NCBI GenBank assembly: GCA_045106895.1
Contig: JBGCFM010000012.1
Coordinates: forward strand, 36,449 to 100,448
DNA from: Polyangiales bacterium
GTDB lineage: Bacteria > Myxococcota_A > Polyangia > Polyangiales > Houyiibacteriaceae
DNA: 64,000 nt
Direction: 5' to 3'
The notes under the pieces are model-generated. The model worked only from the letters and a program-made list of their open reading frames with translations. It ran no database searches and was not told the DNA's origin. A program made the translations under genes and the position numbers. Every line of letters begins with the position of its first letter. Position 1 is the first letter of the stretch. Positions 1 to 10,387 of the stretch are shown here, piece after piece.

Positions 1-155
1 TTCGCCAGTGGCTCACAGAGAACGTCTACACCCACGGCGGTCGCTACATGCCCGACGAGCTGGTTGAGCGCGTCACGGGGCGCCCGTTGAGCGCCGATAG
101 TTTCCTCTCTTACCTACGCGGCAAGTACGGAGCACTCTACGGCGTCGACCTCTAG
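1..155 (+). CDS. Carboxypeptidase Taq (M32) family, 3' end only
   Basis: Frame 3 reads RQWLTENVYTHGGRYMPDELVERVTGRPLSADSFLSYLRGKYGALYGVDL*, matching the M32 C-terminal pattern WL.E.(I/V)...G.....EL...TG..L....F..YL..KY. Confidence 0.8.
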   Translation, partial: RQWLTENVYTHGGRYMPDELVERVTGRPLSADSFLSYLRGKYGALYGVDL

Positions 156-173
156 CCGCTCCTCGGTCCGCTC

Positions 174-216
174 AACGAGAAACGCCGGCCCCGAAAGGGT
201 GCCGGCGTTCTTCGTT
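174..216. terminator. Probable bidirectional intrinsic terminator
   Basis: AACGAGAAACGCCGGC-CCC-GAAA-GGG-T-GCCGGCGTTCTTCGTT hairpin with GAAA loop between convergent genes. Confidence 0.75.
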
Positions 217-233
217 GTTGGTTCCGTTTTAGA

Positions 234-1370
234 CTAGCAGAAGCTGCAATCCATCGAGCTTCCGGTCGGGCACTCGCCGCAGGTGTTCGTCATGACGGCT
301 TCGCCGCAGCAACCTGTGTCGTCGACAACGAAGCAACCGAGGGGTGGAGCAGGACGCGCCTCGTCACCGGGAGGCGCTGCGCCTGGCTCAGGCTCCGGGT
401 CGGTGGAGAGGGGTTGCTGGATGTCGACGCACTCACCTTCGTTGATGGTGCCTTCTGGACACATGCCACAGCCGTTTGCTTCGACCGCTGCGCCGCAGCA
501 GCCGCCGCCGACGTTGACGCGACAGCTGGTGGGGGGAGCAGGGAAGAAGTCAGCGTCGCCGGAACAGCTGTCCGCCGAGATGCTTCCGGCGGGGCACATG
601 CCGCAGATGTTCGCCGCAACGTCGCCACCGCAGCAGCCGCCGCCGAGGTCTTCACGGCACTGGAACTCTGGAGGCATGATCGGTCGCGCTGGGTCTTCGG
701 GGGCACCGGCCATGGGCGCGCACTCGGATGCGGGAACGCTTCCTTCTGGACACATGCCACAAGCCACCGAGTCAACACTGTCGCCACAGCAGCCGCCGCC
801 GAGGTCTGCGAAGCAGCTAGGAGCGATGATGCCTGGGGCCTCAGCGTCGCCGTCGATCTGGCCGCAATCCGATTCGCGAATGCTACCGGGTGCGCAGCCG
901 CACATGCCTTCGCTGCCGACGATCTCGCCGCAGCATCCGTTGCCAAGGTCAGCGCGGCAGGCGGGTGGAGGAGCTGGGTCTTCTTCTGGAGCGCGGATTC
1001 GGCGAGCGTCGTCACAGCCGCAACTCGGGAACGAGTCGGTGCACGAGTCAGCCGGTACAGAACCCTCTGGGCAGGTGTCGCAGCTCGTCGTGAAGACGGC
1101 GTCGCCACAGCAGCCGGCGCCTACATCTACGCGACACGCGATGGGCGTCTCGCACCCGGTTGTACATCCCGTCGTGCGACAGGAGCTTTCCGTTACCGTG
1201 CCTGCAGGGCAGGACTCGCAAACCGATATCTCGCTTCCCACACCATCACAGCAACCCAGTGAATCGACGGGCGCGCAGACTTGGCGCTCAAGGCATCGGT
1301 CTTCAGGCGTCGTCGAGGCTGTGAAACAGCCAAACAAGAACACGGGTAGTAGGGCTAAGATTTGTTTCAT
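234..1370 (-). CDS. Cys-rich repeat lipoprotein (7 repeats of a 6-Cys module)
   Basis: Signal peptide with lipobox-like LFGC. Seven copies of C-x2-DLGGG-CCG-x8-C-x2-CP-x-GS-x5-C with Pro/acidic linkers. Confidence 0.8.
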   Translation of the reverse strand: MKQILALLPVFLFGCFTASTTPEDRCLERQVCAPVDSLGCCDGVGSEISVCESCPAGTVTESSCRTTGCTTGCETPIACRVDVGAGCCGDAVFTTSCDTCPEGSVPADSCTDSFPSCGCDDARRIRAPEEDPAPPPACRADLGNGCCGEIVGSEGMCGCAPGSIRESDCGQIDGDAEAPGIIAPSCFADLGGGCCGDSVDSVACGMCPEGSVPASECAPMAGAPEDPARPIMPPEFQCREDLGGGCCGGDVAANICGMCPAGSISADSCSGDADFFPAPPTSCRVNVGGGCCGAAVEANGCGMCPEGTINEGECVDIQQPLSTDPEPEPGAAPPGDEARPAPPLGCFVVDDTGCCGEAVMTNTCGECPTGSSMDCSFC

Positions 1371-1433
1371 GTTTTTTCTCAGAAAGGGTTGGGAGGGGCG
1401 CTCGGAGTTTTGAAAGATAGTAGTCGTAGTCGT

Positions 1434-2255
1434 TCAGGGTTCGCAGGCATCGCACGCGCTGGAGGCGCCTTCGGGACAGCCGCCGCAGGCGCTGGCTTCG
1501 ACGGGCTCACCACAGCAGCCTTCGGGGGTGAGTTCAAAGCAGACCGCAGGCTCCGGAAACGCTGCGCGGTCGCCGCTTACATCGTCGCACGTGGAGGCTT
1601 CGATGCTTCCCGCTGGGCACTCGGCGGTGCAGGCGTTCGGCGCAACCTCGGAGCCGCAGCAGCCGCCGCCCAGGTCCTCGCGACAGCTCACCGCAGGAGG
1701 AGCGAAACGGTCCTCAGACATCATGTCGCAAGTGTACTGGTCGATGGTTCCGGAAGGACAGGCGCCGCAGACAGCGGAACTGACGAACGCGCCGCAGCAG
1801 CCGCCACCCAAGTCTTCAAAGCACTCACTTGGGGGTGCGACGGCTTCCTGATCGGCAGGCGGACGAAACGCACGAATACCGCCGCAGCCACACTCGCCCG
1901 GGTAGTCAGCAGTGCAGGTCGAGGCTTCCACGGAACCGGCGGGACACGCGTCACAGCTGGTCGTAAACACCGCTTCGCCGCAGCAAGCGGAGCCGTAGTC
2001 GACTCGGCAAGAGAGCGGCGTATCGCAGCCCATTCCGCAGCCGGCGGTCCGGCATGCGCTCTGTTCGATCATCCCTGCGGGACATGAGTCTTGGCAGACC
2101 GAGACCTCACGCCCACCACCGGAACAGCACCCGAGGGCATCTGCTGTGACGCAGCGCCGGGTCTCCACGCACGGATCAGGCTCCGGTGTCCCACTAAAGC
2201 AGCCAGCGAAGGCCAGCGCGGAGACGAAGGAGAAAGTGAGTGCAGAGTGGTTCAT
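1434..2255 (-). CDS. Cys-rich repeat lipoprotein, paralog of 234-1370 (5 repeats)
   Basis: Lipobox FAGC. Five copies of the same module, with near-identical stretches (CCG.AVFTTSCD.CP.GSV). Confidence 0.8.
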   Translation of the reverse strand: MNHSALTFSFVSALAFAGCFSGTPEPDPCVETRRCVTADALGCCSGGGREVSVCQDSCPAGMIEQSACRTAGCGMGCDTPLSCRVDYGSACCGEAVFTTSCDACPAGSVEASTCTADYPGECGCGGIRAFRPPADQEAVAPPSECFEDLGGGCCGAFVSSAVCGACPSGTIDQYTCDMMSEDRFAPPAVSCREDLGGGCCGSEVAPNACTAECPAGSIEASTCDDVSGDRAAFPEPAVCFELTPEGCCGEPVEASACGGCPEGASSACDACEP

Positions 2256-2318
2256 GAATGGGTCCGGTGGGAGTGTTTGTGCCAGCGTGTGCCAGAATGG
2301 CTTCCGCTCATAGAATAA

Positions 2319-2334
2319 TGCACTCTGTGTGCCA
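2319..2334 (-). promoter_or_regulatory. Putative sigma54 -24/-12 promoter for the Cys-rich lipoprotein pair
   Basis: Minus strand TGGCACA-CAGA-GTGCA with correct GG-N10-GC spacing. Confidence 0.55.
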
Positions 2335-2389
2335 CGCTTGATCCTCGGGGTTTTTGGTCCATGAGCGGGCGCATCTGACCCGCCTCGTT

Positions 2390-2405
2390 TGGCACGACAG
2401 GTGCA
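2390..2405 (+). promoter_or_regulatory. Putative sigma54 -24/-12 promoter for the LTD-dikinase gene
   Basis: TGGCACG-ACAG-GTGCA with correct spacing and one mismatch to TGGCACG-N4-TTGCW. Confidence 0.55.
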
Positions 2406-2419
2406 GTTGAGGGTATCCT

Positions 2420-5341
2420 ATGGCACTCATGCGCGGCTTTTGCTGGCTCCTACTCACCCTCGCGCTTGGATGCGAGCCGCTTCCTCAAACGGACCTTCGT
2501 CTCGTGGAGTTTGTCTCTTCGAACGAAGGGGTCGCCGTCGATGAGTCCGGCGAGACCGAAGACTATATTGAGCTCTACAACTCCGGCGACGTTCGGATCT
2601 GGCTCGACGAGTATGCCCTGACGGATGGTGGCGCCTTGGCCCCCCTCCCCGAAATGCCGCTCGGCCCGGGTGAGCGAGTGATCTTCTACGCCGACGGAGA
2701 AACGGAGGAAGGCGAGCGACATCTTCCATTCAAGCTCTCGTCCGGCGGCGAACAGGTGCAGCTCCGCACGCGAAGCGGACACATCTTGGAGACCATCGAG
2801 ATCCCTGCCCTCGCGGAGAACGAATCCTACGCACGTTTCCCAGATAGCGACGAAGGCGAGTTCGCAACGTGTCGCTATGCTTCCCCCGGCGCCACGAACG
2901 GTGACACTTGTGGGCCCCCTGTTCCGCCGGAAATCTCCGTCGAACCCTTTGAACCCTATGAGTGGGCCCTCCCCTTCCCCGCGCTGAACGCCGGCGTTCG
3001 CATCACCGAAGCGGCGCTGCGACCCGCGGCTTTCGTCGAATTGATGAACACGGGGAACAGCCCCGTCGACCTCGCTTCCCTTCAGCTCCGTTTGGTCCCC
3101 CATGGCCCGAGCTTGGATTGGCCTGGTACGGCTGACGGGGTCGAGTTTCCCCTCTCTGGGATGCTAGCAGCGGGACAGCGCGTTCAGATCGAGGTGGGAG
3201 AAAGCGAGCTCAGCGAAGTCGCCGCGACGGAGCAATACGAAGGCGTCCTGACGCTCTTCGAAGGAAGCGCTGTGCAAGACCGCCTCGACTTCATGGCCTG
3301 GCCAGAAGATACGACGCTCGCGCGCTACCCAAGCGATGATGACCACTTTGTTTTTTGCGGCACCGCGACACCTGGTGAGAGCAACGACGCGTGCGCGCCG
3401 ATTCCTTTCCGCCCCGTCGCGGACCGACTCCGTCACCTTCGCACCCCTGGAGACTTCGCCGCGCTCGCTGCAGGCGGAACGACGCTCGGTCTTCGCGCCG
3501 TCAAGTTCGTCATCGACCTCGAACGCGGAGACTCCGTGCACCTCGTCGGCGCGGAAGACTACGGTCTCCACTACACCTACGTACGCGAGAACATCTACGA
3601 GCTCGAGTCTCTAGACCGATGCGACCCAGAGCAGGCCTCGGTGTTTCGTGCCGCATGGACCCGGTACAGCGTCGAGAACTACTCGCGCGTTGCAGACCGA
3701 CGCTTCCTCGGCGGCACGCTGACCGAACACACCGGCGCGGGCGTTCGCTCTGTTGATTTCGTGACAGGCGACAGCATCTCGGCGGAGCAAATGCAGCACG
3801 CTTTCTTTACCCTTGCGCCCCATCTACTGAGCCCCTCGGATTGGACACTGCGCCCTCAGGGTCCGCGACAAGCGGCGGTTCTTCGCACCATCGAAGGCAT
3901 GGCCCCCATCGTCGGAGAGAACGCAATTCGTAGCGGCGTGCGTTTTCAGCCGCTGAACGCGGCGGTGAACTTCGGACTCCTTCGCTACGTATCGGGTGAT
4001 GAACTTGGAGAGACCCCGCTCAGCTCCGAAGTGATCCTCTTGACGGACGAGGTTCCCAACGACCTCCCTCTCGTTGGCGGTGTCATCACGGAAGCGCTCC
4101 AGACCCCTTTGGCGCATGTAAACGTTCTAAGTCGGGGACGCGGTACGCCGAACATGGCTTTGCTCGATGCGCGAGAGGACCCACGCATCGCTCCGATGCT
4201 GGACCAACTCGTTCGCTTCGAGGTCAACGAAGGCGACTTCTCGATTCGTAGCGCCACGCGCGCGGAGGCCCAAGAGTTCTGGGACGACCAGCGCCCCCAA
4301 GGTCCTCGGCTCGCGCCGCGCTTAGATCCTGAACCGCGCGAGCTCATCGACCTCGCCTCGGCGACCCTCGAGGATGTGCCCGTCGTCGGCGCCAAAGCCG
4401 CGCAGCTTGGTGTGCTCTCGCGGATCACCGCGAATAGCGGCACGTGCATGGGACCCATCGCCACCCCCGAAGACGCCTTCGGTATCCCGGTGTCATTCTA
4501 TCTCGACCACTTTGAAGCGAGCGGAGCACAAGCTCATCTCACCAGCGCCATGCAACGCGACGACTTCGCCGTCGACACCCGAGTGCGGGCGGAAGTCCTT
4601 GCAGATGTGCGAGACATGATCGCGAGCCACTCCGTCGACCCACTCGTCCTGGAGATGATCGAAGAAGGTGTCCGCGCCCGCTACGGAAACCGGCGAGTAC
4701 GCTTCCGAAGCAGCAGCAACGTCGAAGACCTAAGCGAGTTCAGCGGAGCTGGACTCTACACCTCAGCGAGCGCAGAAATCGGCGACTCGGACCGCGCCGT
4801 GGAGGACGCGTTGCGCATCGTCTGGGGCAGCTTGTGGAACCACCGCGCTTTTGAAGAGCGCGAACGCGGACACATCGACCAGAGCGCCGTCGCCATGGGC
4901 ATCCTTGTTCACGCTGCGTTCCGTTCGGAGCTCGCGAACGGCATCGGCGTTAGTCGCAACGTCCTCGACCTGACGCGCGGCGACATCTACTACTTCAACG
5001 TGCAGGTCGGTGAGGCCGGAGTTGCAAACCCTGCTCCTGGTGTTCGAACAGACGAATATGTCTACCGCTTCGGGCGCTCCCCGCGTGTCCTCTTCGAGAG
5101 TCGCTCCTCCCTCACTCCCTTCGATATCCTCCGCGAGGAAGAATACGACCAGGCGGCCTGCATCCTCCGCGCCATCCACAACGGCTTTCGTCCGCTCCTG
5201 GACCCCGAGCGCGAGAATGCGTTCTTCGCGATGGACATTGAATGGAAACTCGTAGGACCCGAACGACGCTTCGTCGTCAAGCAGGCACGCCCCTATGACG
5301 TCGGCGATGCAGAAGTACCTGTGGACTGCCGTAACTTTTAA
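2420..5341 (+). CDS. Lipoprotein: 2x lamin-tail domain + phosphohistidine (swivel) domain + PEP-synthase/PPDK-type ATP-grasp domain
   Basis: Lipobox ALGC. LTD motifs (EDYIELYN..SYARFPD..SPG; FVELMN..TPG). GGVITE..PLAHVNVLSR, VGAKAAQLG, FRSSSNVEDL..FSGAGLY, DIEWK, KQARP. Confidence 0.85.
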   Translation: MALMRGFCWLLLTLALGCEPLPQTDLRLVEFVSSNEGVAVDESGETEDYIELYNSGDVRIWLDEYALTDGGALAPLPEMPLGPGERVIFYADGETEEGERHLPFKLSSGGEQVQLRTRSGHILETIEIPALAENESYARFPDSDEGEFATCRYASPGATNGDTCGPPVPPEISVEPFEPYEWALPFPALNAGVRITEAALRPAAFVELMNTGNSPVDLASLQLRLVPHGPSLDWPGTADGVEFPLSGMLAAGQRVQIEVGESELSEVAATEQYEGVLTLFEGSAVQDRLDFMAWPEDTTLARYPSDDDHFVFCGTATPGESNDACAPIPFRPVADRLRHLRTPGDFAALAAGGTTLGLRAVKFVIDLERGDSVHLVGAEDYGLHYTYVRENIYELESLDRCDPEQASVFRAAWTRYSVENYSRVADRRFLGGTLTEHTGAGVRSVDFVTGDSISAEQMQHAFFTLAPHLLSPSDWTLRPQGPRQAAVLRTIEGMAPIVGENAIRSGVRFQPLNAAVNFGLLRYVSGDELGETPLSSEVILLTDEVPNDLPLVGGVITEALQTPLAHVNVLSRGRGTPNMALLDAREDPRIAPMLDQLVRFEVNEGDFSIRSATRAEAQEFWDDQRPQGPRLAPRLDPEPRELIDLASATLEDVPVVGAKAAQLGVLSRITANSGTCMGPIATPEDAFGIPVSFYLDHFEASGAQAHLTSAMQRDDFAVDTRVRAEVLADVRDMIASHSVDPLVLEMIEEGVRARYGNRRVRFRSSSNVEDLSEFSGAGLYTSASAEIGDSDRAVEDALRIVWGSLWNHRAFEERERGHIDQSAVAMGILVHAAFRSELANGIGVSRNVLDLTRGDIYYFNVQVGEAGVANPAPGVRTDEYVYRFGRSPRVLFESRSSLTPFDILREEEYDQAACILRAIHNGFRPLLDPERENAFFAMDIEWKLVGPERRFVVKQARPYDVGDAEVPVDCRNF

Positions 5342-5352
5342 CCGGGCGCCGC

Positions 5353-6462
<1,110 letters not shown>

Positions 6463-6593
6463 GTTGGCGGGATGCTAGCAGCATGAGATTCACGTCGGAA
6501 GCACCCTTCTGACCTTCTCTTTCCTCAACGTGTTGGCCCGAAACCCGCCAGAAACCTTGCAAGGTTGCTCTCCGGGGCGGCACCATAGCGCCC

Positions 6594-8018
6594 GTGGAGG
6601 CGCTAGAAAGCGGGGCGGTGGTCGCCGACATGGAGGTGATTCGACTCCTCGGCAAGGGCGCTTTTGGCCACGTATACGCTGTTAATGCGCCGGGGCATGA
6701 CAGACCTCTCGCTCTAAAGCTGATGAACGCGTCCGTCTCCAGCGAGAGCATGCAGCGTCGTTTTCAGCGTGAAGCCGAGGTGATTCAGCGTCTTGAGAGC
6801 GACTTTGTTCCCGCGATCTACGATTTCGGCGAGTGCGACGACGGATCTCCCTTCATTCTGATGGAGCTGCTCCAGGGCCAGACGCTTGGGGAAGTGGTGG
6901 AAGCCGAGGGCGGAAAGCTCCCCTGGAGACGGGTGCTCGATCTGGGGCTTCAAGCGTGCGAGGCCCTCGAAATTGCTCACTCCGTTGGCGTGCTGCACCG
7001 CGACCTAAAGCCGGACAACCTCTTTATCGTCGAAGAGCAGCTCAAGATCCTCGATTTCGGCGTCGCCACGTTCGTCTCGGGGCACACTGATCGGCACGGC
7101 GCCCTCACGCAGACGAGCGCCATTGTCGGCACGCCCCACTACATGTCGCCGGAGCAGATTCGTTCCACAAAGATCGGCGTCGAAGCAGACATCTACATGC
7201 TCGGTGTCGTTCTCTATGAGTGTTTGACGGGCAAGCGCCCCTTTGGCGGAGAGTTCCTCGGCGATCTTCTCGGCAGCGTACTGAGCGGTCAATACAGACC
7301 CATCGCGTACCACGCGCCAACAACACCACGAGTGCTGACGAAGACCATCCAGCAGGCAATGTCCCTCGATCCCAAAGACCGCTTCCCGAGCGCCGAGGCG
7401 TTTGGGAACGCGCTCCGCCAAGGACACGCCGCGAGCAGCGAACCGCCACCAAGGCCCACACTTTCGCCGCGCAGCGCGGATCCTGAGAAGGAAACTCTCC
7501 CGCACCTGAGCTACACCGCCCCCTCCTATCCGGCCGATTCAACGGCATCAGGCTCCTCGCCCGCTCCAAGGCCCCGGCTCGGACTCCTCGCCGCCGGAGC
7601 CCTGGTGTTCCTCGTGCTCACCGCCGCGACGACCTACTTCATCGCCTCCAGCGACGCCGAAACCTCCTCGATCGCGACAGAGCCCGTTGGCCCCTCGCCC
7701 TTCGAACCAGTCCCACCGGATGAAAGCGAGAGCGCGCCAGCGGCCGCGGCCATTGAACCCGCCGAGCCCGTCGGTGATGCCGACGCCACACCACCCGAGG
7801 TTCCGACGGGAGTCGCAACTCCTGAACCTCTGGAACCCGAGGCAGAAGCGGAGCCAGTGCGCCGCCCTCGAACCCCTACGCGGATGAGACCGGTCGAAGT
7901 CGAGGCTCCGCCCGAAGTCGAGCCTCCTCCGGAAGAGCCGCCTACCGAAGAGCCGCCAGCCGATCCGGAGCCCGTCACGACGTCTCCGCCGGATGGCCTC
8001 ATCAACCCTTTCGAATAA
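6594..8018 (+). CDS. Membrane Hanks-type Ser/Thr protein kinase
   Basis: LGKGAFG, ALK, HRDLKPDN, DFG, GTPHYMSPE. TM helix and Pro/Glu-rich tail ending NPFE. Confidence 0.93.
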   Translation: MEALESGAVVADMEVIRLLGKGAFGHVYAVNAPGHDRPLALKLMNASVSSESMQRRFQREAEVIQRLESDFVPAIYDFGECDDGSPFILMELLQGQTLGEVVEAEGGKLPWRRVLDLGLQACEALEIAHSVGVLHRDLKPDNLFIVEEQLKILDFGVATFVSGHTDRHGALTQTSAIVGTPHYMSPEQIRSTKIGVEADIYMLGVVLYECLTGKRPFGGEFLGDLLGSVLSGQYRPIAYHAPTTPRVLTKTIQQAMSLDPKDRFPSAEAFGNALRQGHAASSEPPPRPTLSPRSADPEKETLPHLSYTAPSYPADSTASGSSPAPRPRLGLLAAGALVFLVLTAATTYFIASSDAETSSIATEPVGPSPFEPVPPDESESAPAAAAIEPAEPVGDADATPPEVPTGVATPEPLEPEAEAEPVRRPRTPTRMRPVEVEAPPEVEPPPEEPPTEEPPADPEPVTTSPPDGLINPFE

Positions 8019-8025
8019 CTTCCTT

Positions 8026-10317
8026 ATGCTCGTCGATCCCACACGCCGCTCAGCTCATGAGCGGGCCCTTCGCCTATCCTTCACGCTGGCCATCGCCGCC
8101 GGTCTCGCAGGTCAAGCCCACGCTCAGGCGCCACTGCGTGTCGTCGCGAGTGCCGGAGTCGCGGGAGAGTTCGCGCGACCTATCTGCGAAGAAGGCCAGA
8201 CTCTCGAGACCTTGCCCTTCGCGCGAACGGCACGGGCCCTGACCGCGCGGAGGGCACAAGGCGATATCGTCATCGACACCGGAGGGCTCTTCGCACGCCA
8301 CGGAGTGACCCGCTTCACGTCGCGAGAAAACCCGGACGCCCTCGCTGCGCTCAGCGAAGCGCTCGGCTATCACGCGCTCGCGGTGAGCGAGGCGGACCTT
8401 GGAGATCCCCGGGATTCACTCGTAGCGCGCGCTCGAGCGCTGCGCGAACGGGGTATTCCCATGGTCGCCAGCAACCTGCGCTGCGATGAGAGCGCCGATG
8501 CGTTGTGCGACGTCTTGTGGACCGCCGCGGACGGCGTCCCCACCATCAACGGCGTCGCCATTCTCAGCTTCATCGAGCCCGCGGCACTCGGCCGAGTCGG
8601 GCCCGCAAGTCGACGAGGCCTACGCCTGTTGCCCCTGGCAACGAGCGTACGGCGCCTGGTCACGGCGGCCCGAGAGCGCGGCGCCGAGACAGTCATCGCG
8701 ATCATCGACAGCGGTCGCGGCGCTCAGGCGATCGCCCACGCCAGCGCGGCGATGCGTGAGATCCCCGCAGCGGAACGTCCGGACATTGTGTTCTCCTCCG
8801 ACGCCGGATCCGAGCTGCTCTTCGCGCGCCCCGCAGACGTTCGCCCGGGATTTGTCGCGGCTCCTCCGCGCGGCGCCGTCAACTTGGACGTTCGTCGCAC
8901 GGGTGCGCGCTACGATCTCTTGGCGACACCCATCGAAGGCGTCGACGCGGGCGCCGTGGACGCCGTGGGTGACTTCATCGAGAGCGTCGGGCCAGCCTAC
9001 TGTGAGCATTGGGGAAGTCCTCTTGCCGGCGGCACACTGCAGAGGGAGATGAACGCTACGGACCTCGTGGGTCTCAGCGCGTCCGTGATGCGTGAAGCCA
9101 CGGGCGCCGACGTCGCCATTCTCAACCGCTACGCCATCGACGAACGCTGGGCCCGTGACGAAGGTGTCCTCTCGAACTCCGACGTTCAGATTGGAATTCA
9201 GTACGACGAAAACCTCGTCGTCGGCCTCGTTCGTGGAAGCTGGCTGCGGATATTGGCGCGCCGCGCGGACCCCGCCCTCGAGGTCCCTGGACTTGTGATT
9301 TCGAACGTTGGAACCTCACGTGAGCTCCTCAAACTCCACGGGCGCACCGTCGTCGATATCGCGGAGTACAAGGTTGTAACCATCGGCTTTCTCGCGACGG
9401 GAGGCGACGAAGCGTTGCCTGCCTTCGACGGGTGGGAGCCGCCGGATGAGAGCATCACGCTACGTGGCGTAGTAGGGGAGTACCTCGCCGAGGCACGTGA
9501 AGAAGATCCGCGCGATGCTCTCGACGACCCGTCCACGGCGATGGAGTGGACCTCCAATATCAGCACGGCGCTCACCTTCACAGGCAGCGCAGTTCGCGAC
9601 GGCGGTGAGTACGCAGAAGGACCGCTGACGAATCAGGGACAGGTCCTCGTGGGACTTCAGCTGAACATGCAACTGAACGGCGCTTCCCGCCTCGCGGCTT
9701 GGAGCAATGAACTCGCCGCCCAGTACTCCCTCGCGTCGACGCGGGAGACAGATGGCTTTGACGAGGGTAGCGACCAGATCACGTATCGTACGAGCGCGCA
9801 GTACCGCGGCTTTCGAGCCAGCGTCGATGAGCTCTATGTCCCGGACCTTATTCTGGAGGGTTTTCTTCGAACGGAGTTTTCAAAGCCAGACGAACGTGAC
9901 AACCACTTCCTCAACCTTCGCTTCGTCGCCGGGCCTCAATGGCGATTCCACAGGTACGTTTCGTTTCGTGCCGTCGGCGGTGTCGAGATCATCGAAGCCA
10001 CCAGCTCGGCGCTTCGTCGCGTCGAACCTGGCGTCGGCGCGCAGCTCAACATCACTCCGTGGGTCCTGATGCGGGTGGGACTACGCTCGCTGCAAATCGG
10101 CATGACCCTCGACTACTTCGCGAGTGGATTTGGCGGCGAAGTTCGCCACCTCCTGCAGGGTGCGTTGGAAACTCAGCTGAACCTGTCTCGGACCGTAGGC
10201 CTCGGGTTTTCCCTCTCGCTCTACGGCCTTCAGGAAGCCGAAGGACCGTTCTCCTTTGCGCTAGGCACCTCGGCAAACCTGCAGGTCGGCTGGGGTACGC
10301 GCTGGCTCAGCAACTAA
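8026..10317 (+). CDS. Secreted degenerate 5'-nucleotidase-like protein fused to a C-terminal beta-barrel
   Basis: Signal (AQA-type). UshA-like fold motifs (LGYHALAV, PMVASNL, TGADVAILN, GFLATGGD). C-terminal ~260 aa of amphipathic beta-strands. Start uncertain (ORF open from 7993). Confidence 0.7.
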   Translation: MLVDPTRRSAHERALRLSFTLAIAAGLAGQAHAQAPLRVVASAGVAGEFARPICEEGQTLETLPFARTARALTARRAQGDIVIDTGGLFARHGVTRFTSRENPDALAALSEALGYHALAVSEADLGDPRDSLVARARALRERGIPMVASNLRCDESADALCDVLWTAADGVPTINGVAILSFIEPAALGRVGPASRRGLRLLPLATSVRRLVTAARERGAETVIAIIDSGRGAQAIAHASAAMREIPAAERPDIVFSSDAGSELLFARPADVRPGFVAAPPRGAVNLDVRRTGARYDLLATPIEGVDAGAVDAVGDFIESVGPAYCEHWGSPLAGGTLQREMNATDLVGLSASVMREATGADVAILNRYAIDERWARDEGVLSNSDVQIGIQYDENLVVGLVRGSWLRILARRADPALEVPGLVISNVGTSRELLKLHGRTVVDIAEYKVVTIGFLATGGDEALPAFDGWEPPDESITLRGVVGEYLAEAREEDPRDALDDPSTAMEWTSNISTALTFTGSAVRDGGEYAEGPLTNQGQVLVGLQLNMQLNGASRLAAWSNELAAQYSLASTRETDGFDEGSDQITYRTSAQYRGFRASVDELYVPDLILEGFLRTEFSKPDERDNHFLNLRFVAGPQWRFHRYVSFRAVGGVEIIEATSSALRRVEPGVGAQLNITPWVLMRVGLRSLQIGMTLDYFASGFGGEVRHLLQGALETQLNLSRTVGLGFSLSLYGLQEAEGPFSFALGTSANLQVGWGTRWLSN

Positions 10318-10387
10318 CGCGTACCTCGAAAACCACCGTTCCATCGCCCGATTGAATCACGCCCAGGTCCGCGTTACGTTGCCGTCG

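Noticed and set aside
283..2087. Long + strand ORFs (283-1413, 414-1262, 1362-2087) with QQPPP repeats
   Set aside because: Antisense shadows of the Cys-rich lipoproteins (CAGCAGCCG is the reverse complement of GC/CC codons). The minus-strand ORFs have proper signal peptides.
234..2255. Cys repeats as ferredoxin, heme-binding or classical RiPP precursors
   Set aside because: No CxxCxxC or CxxCH motifs, lipoprotein signals imply an oxidising location, and no RiPP maturase lies nearby.
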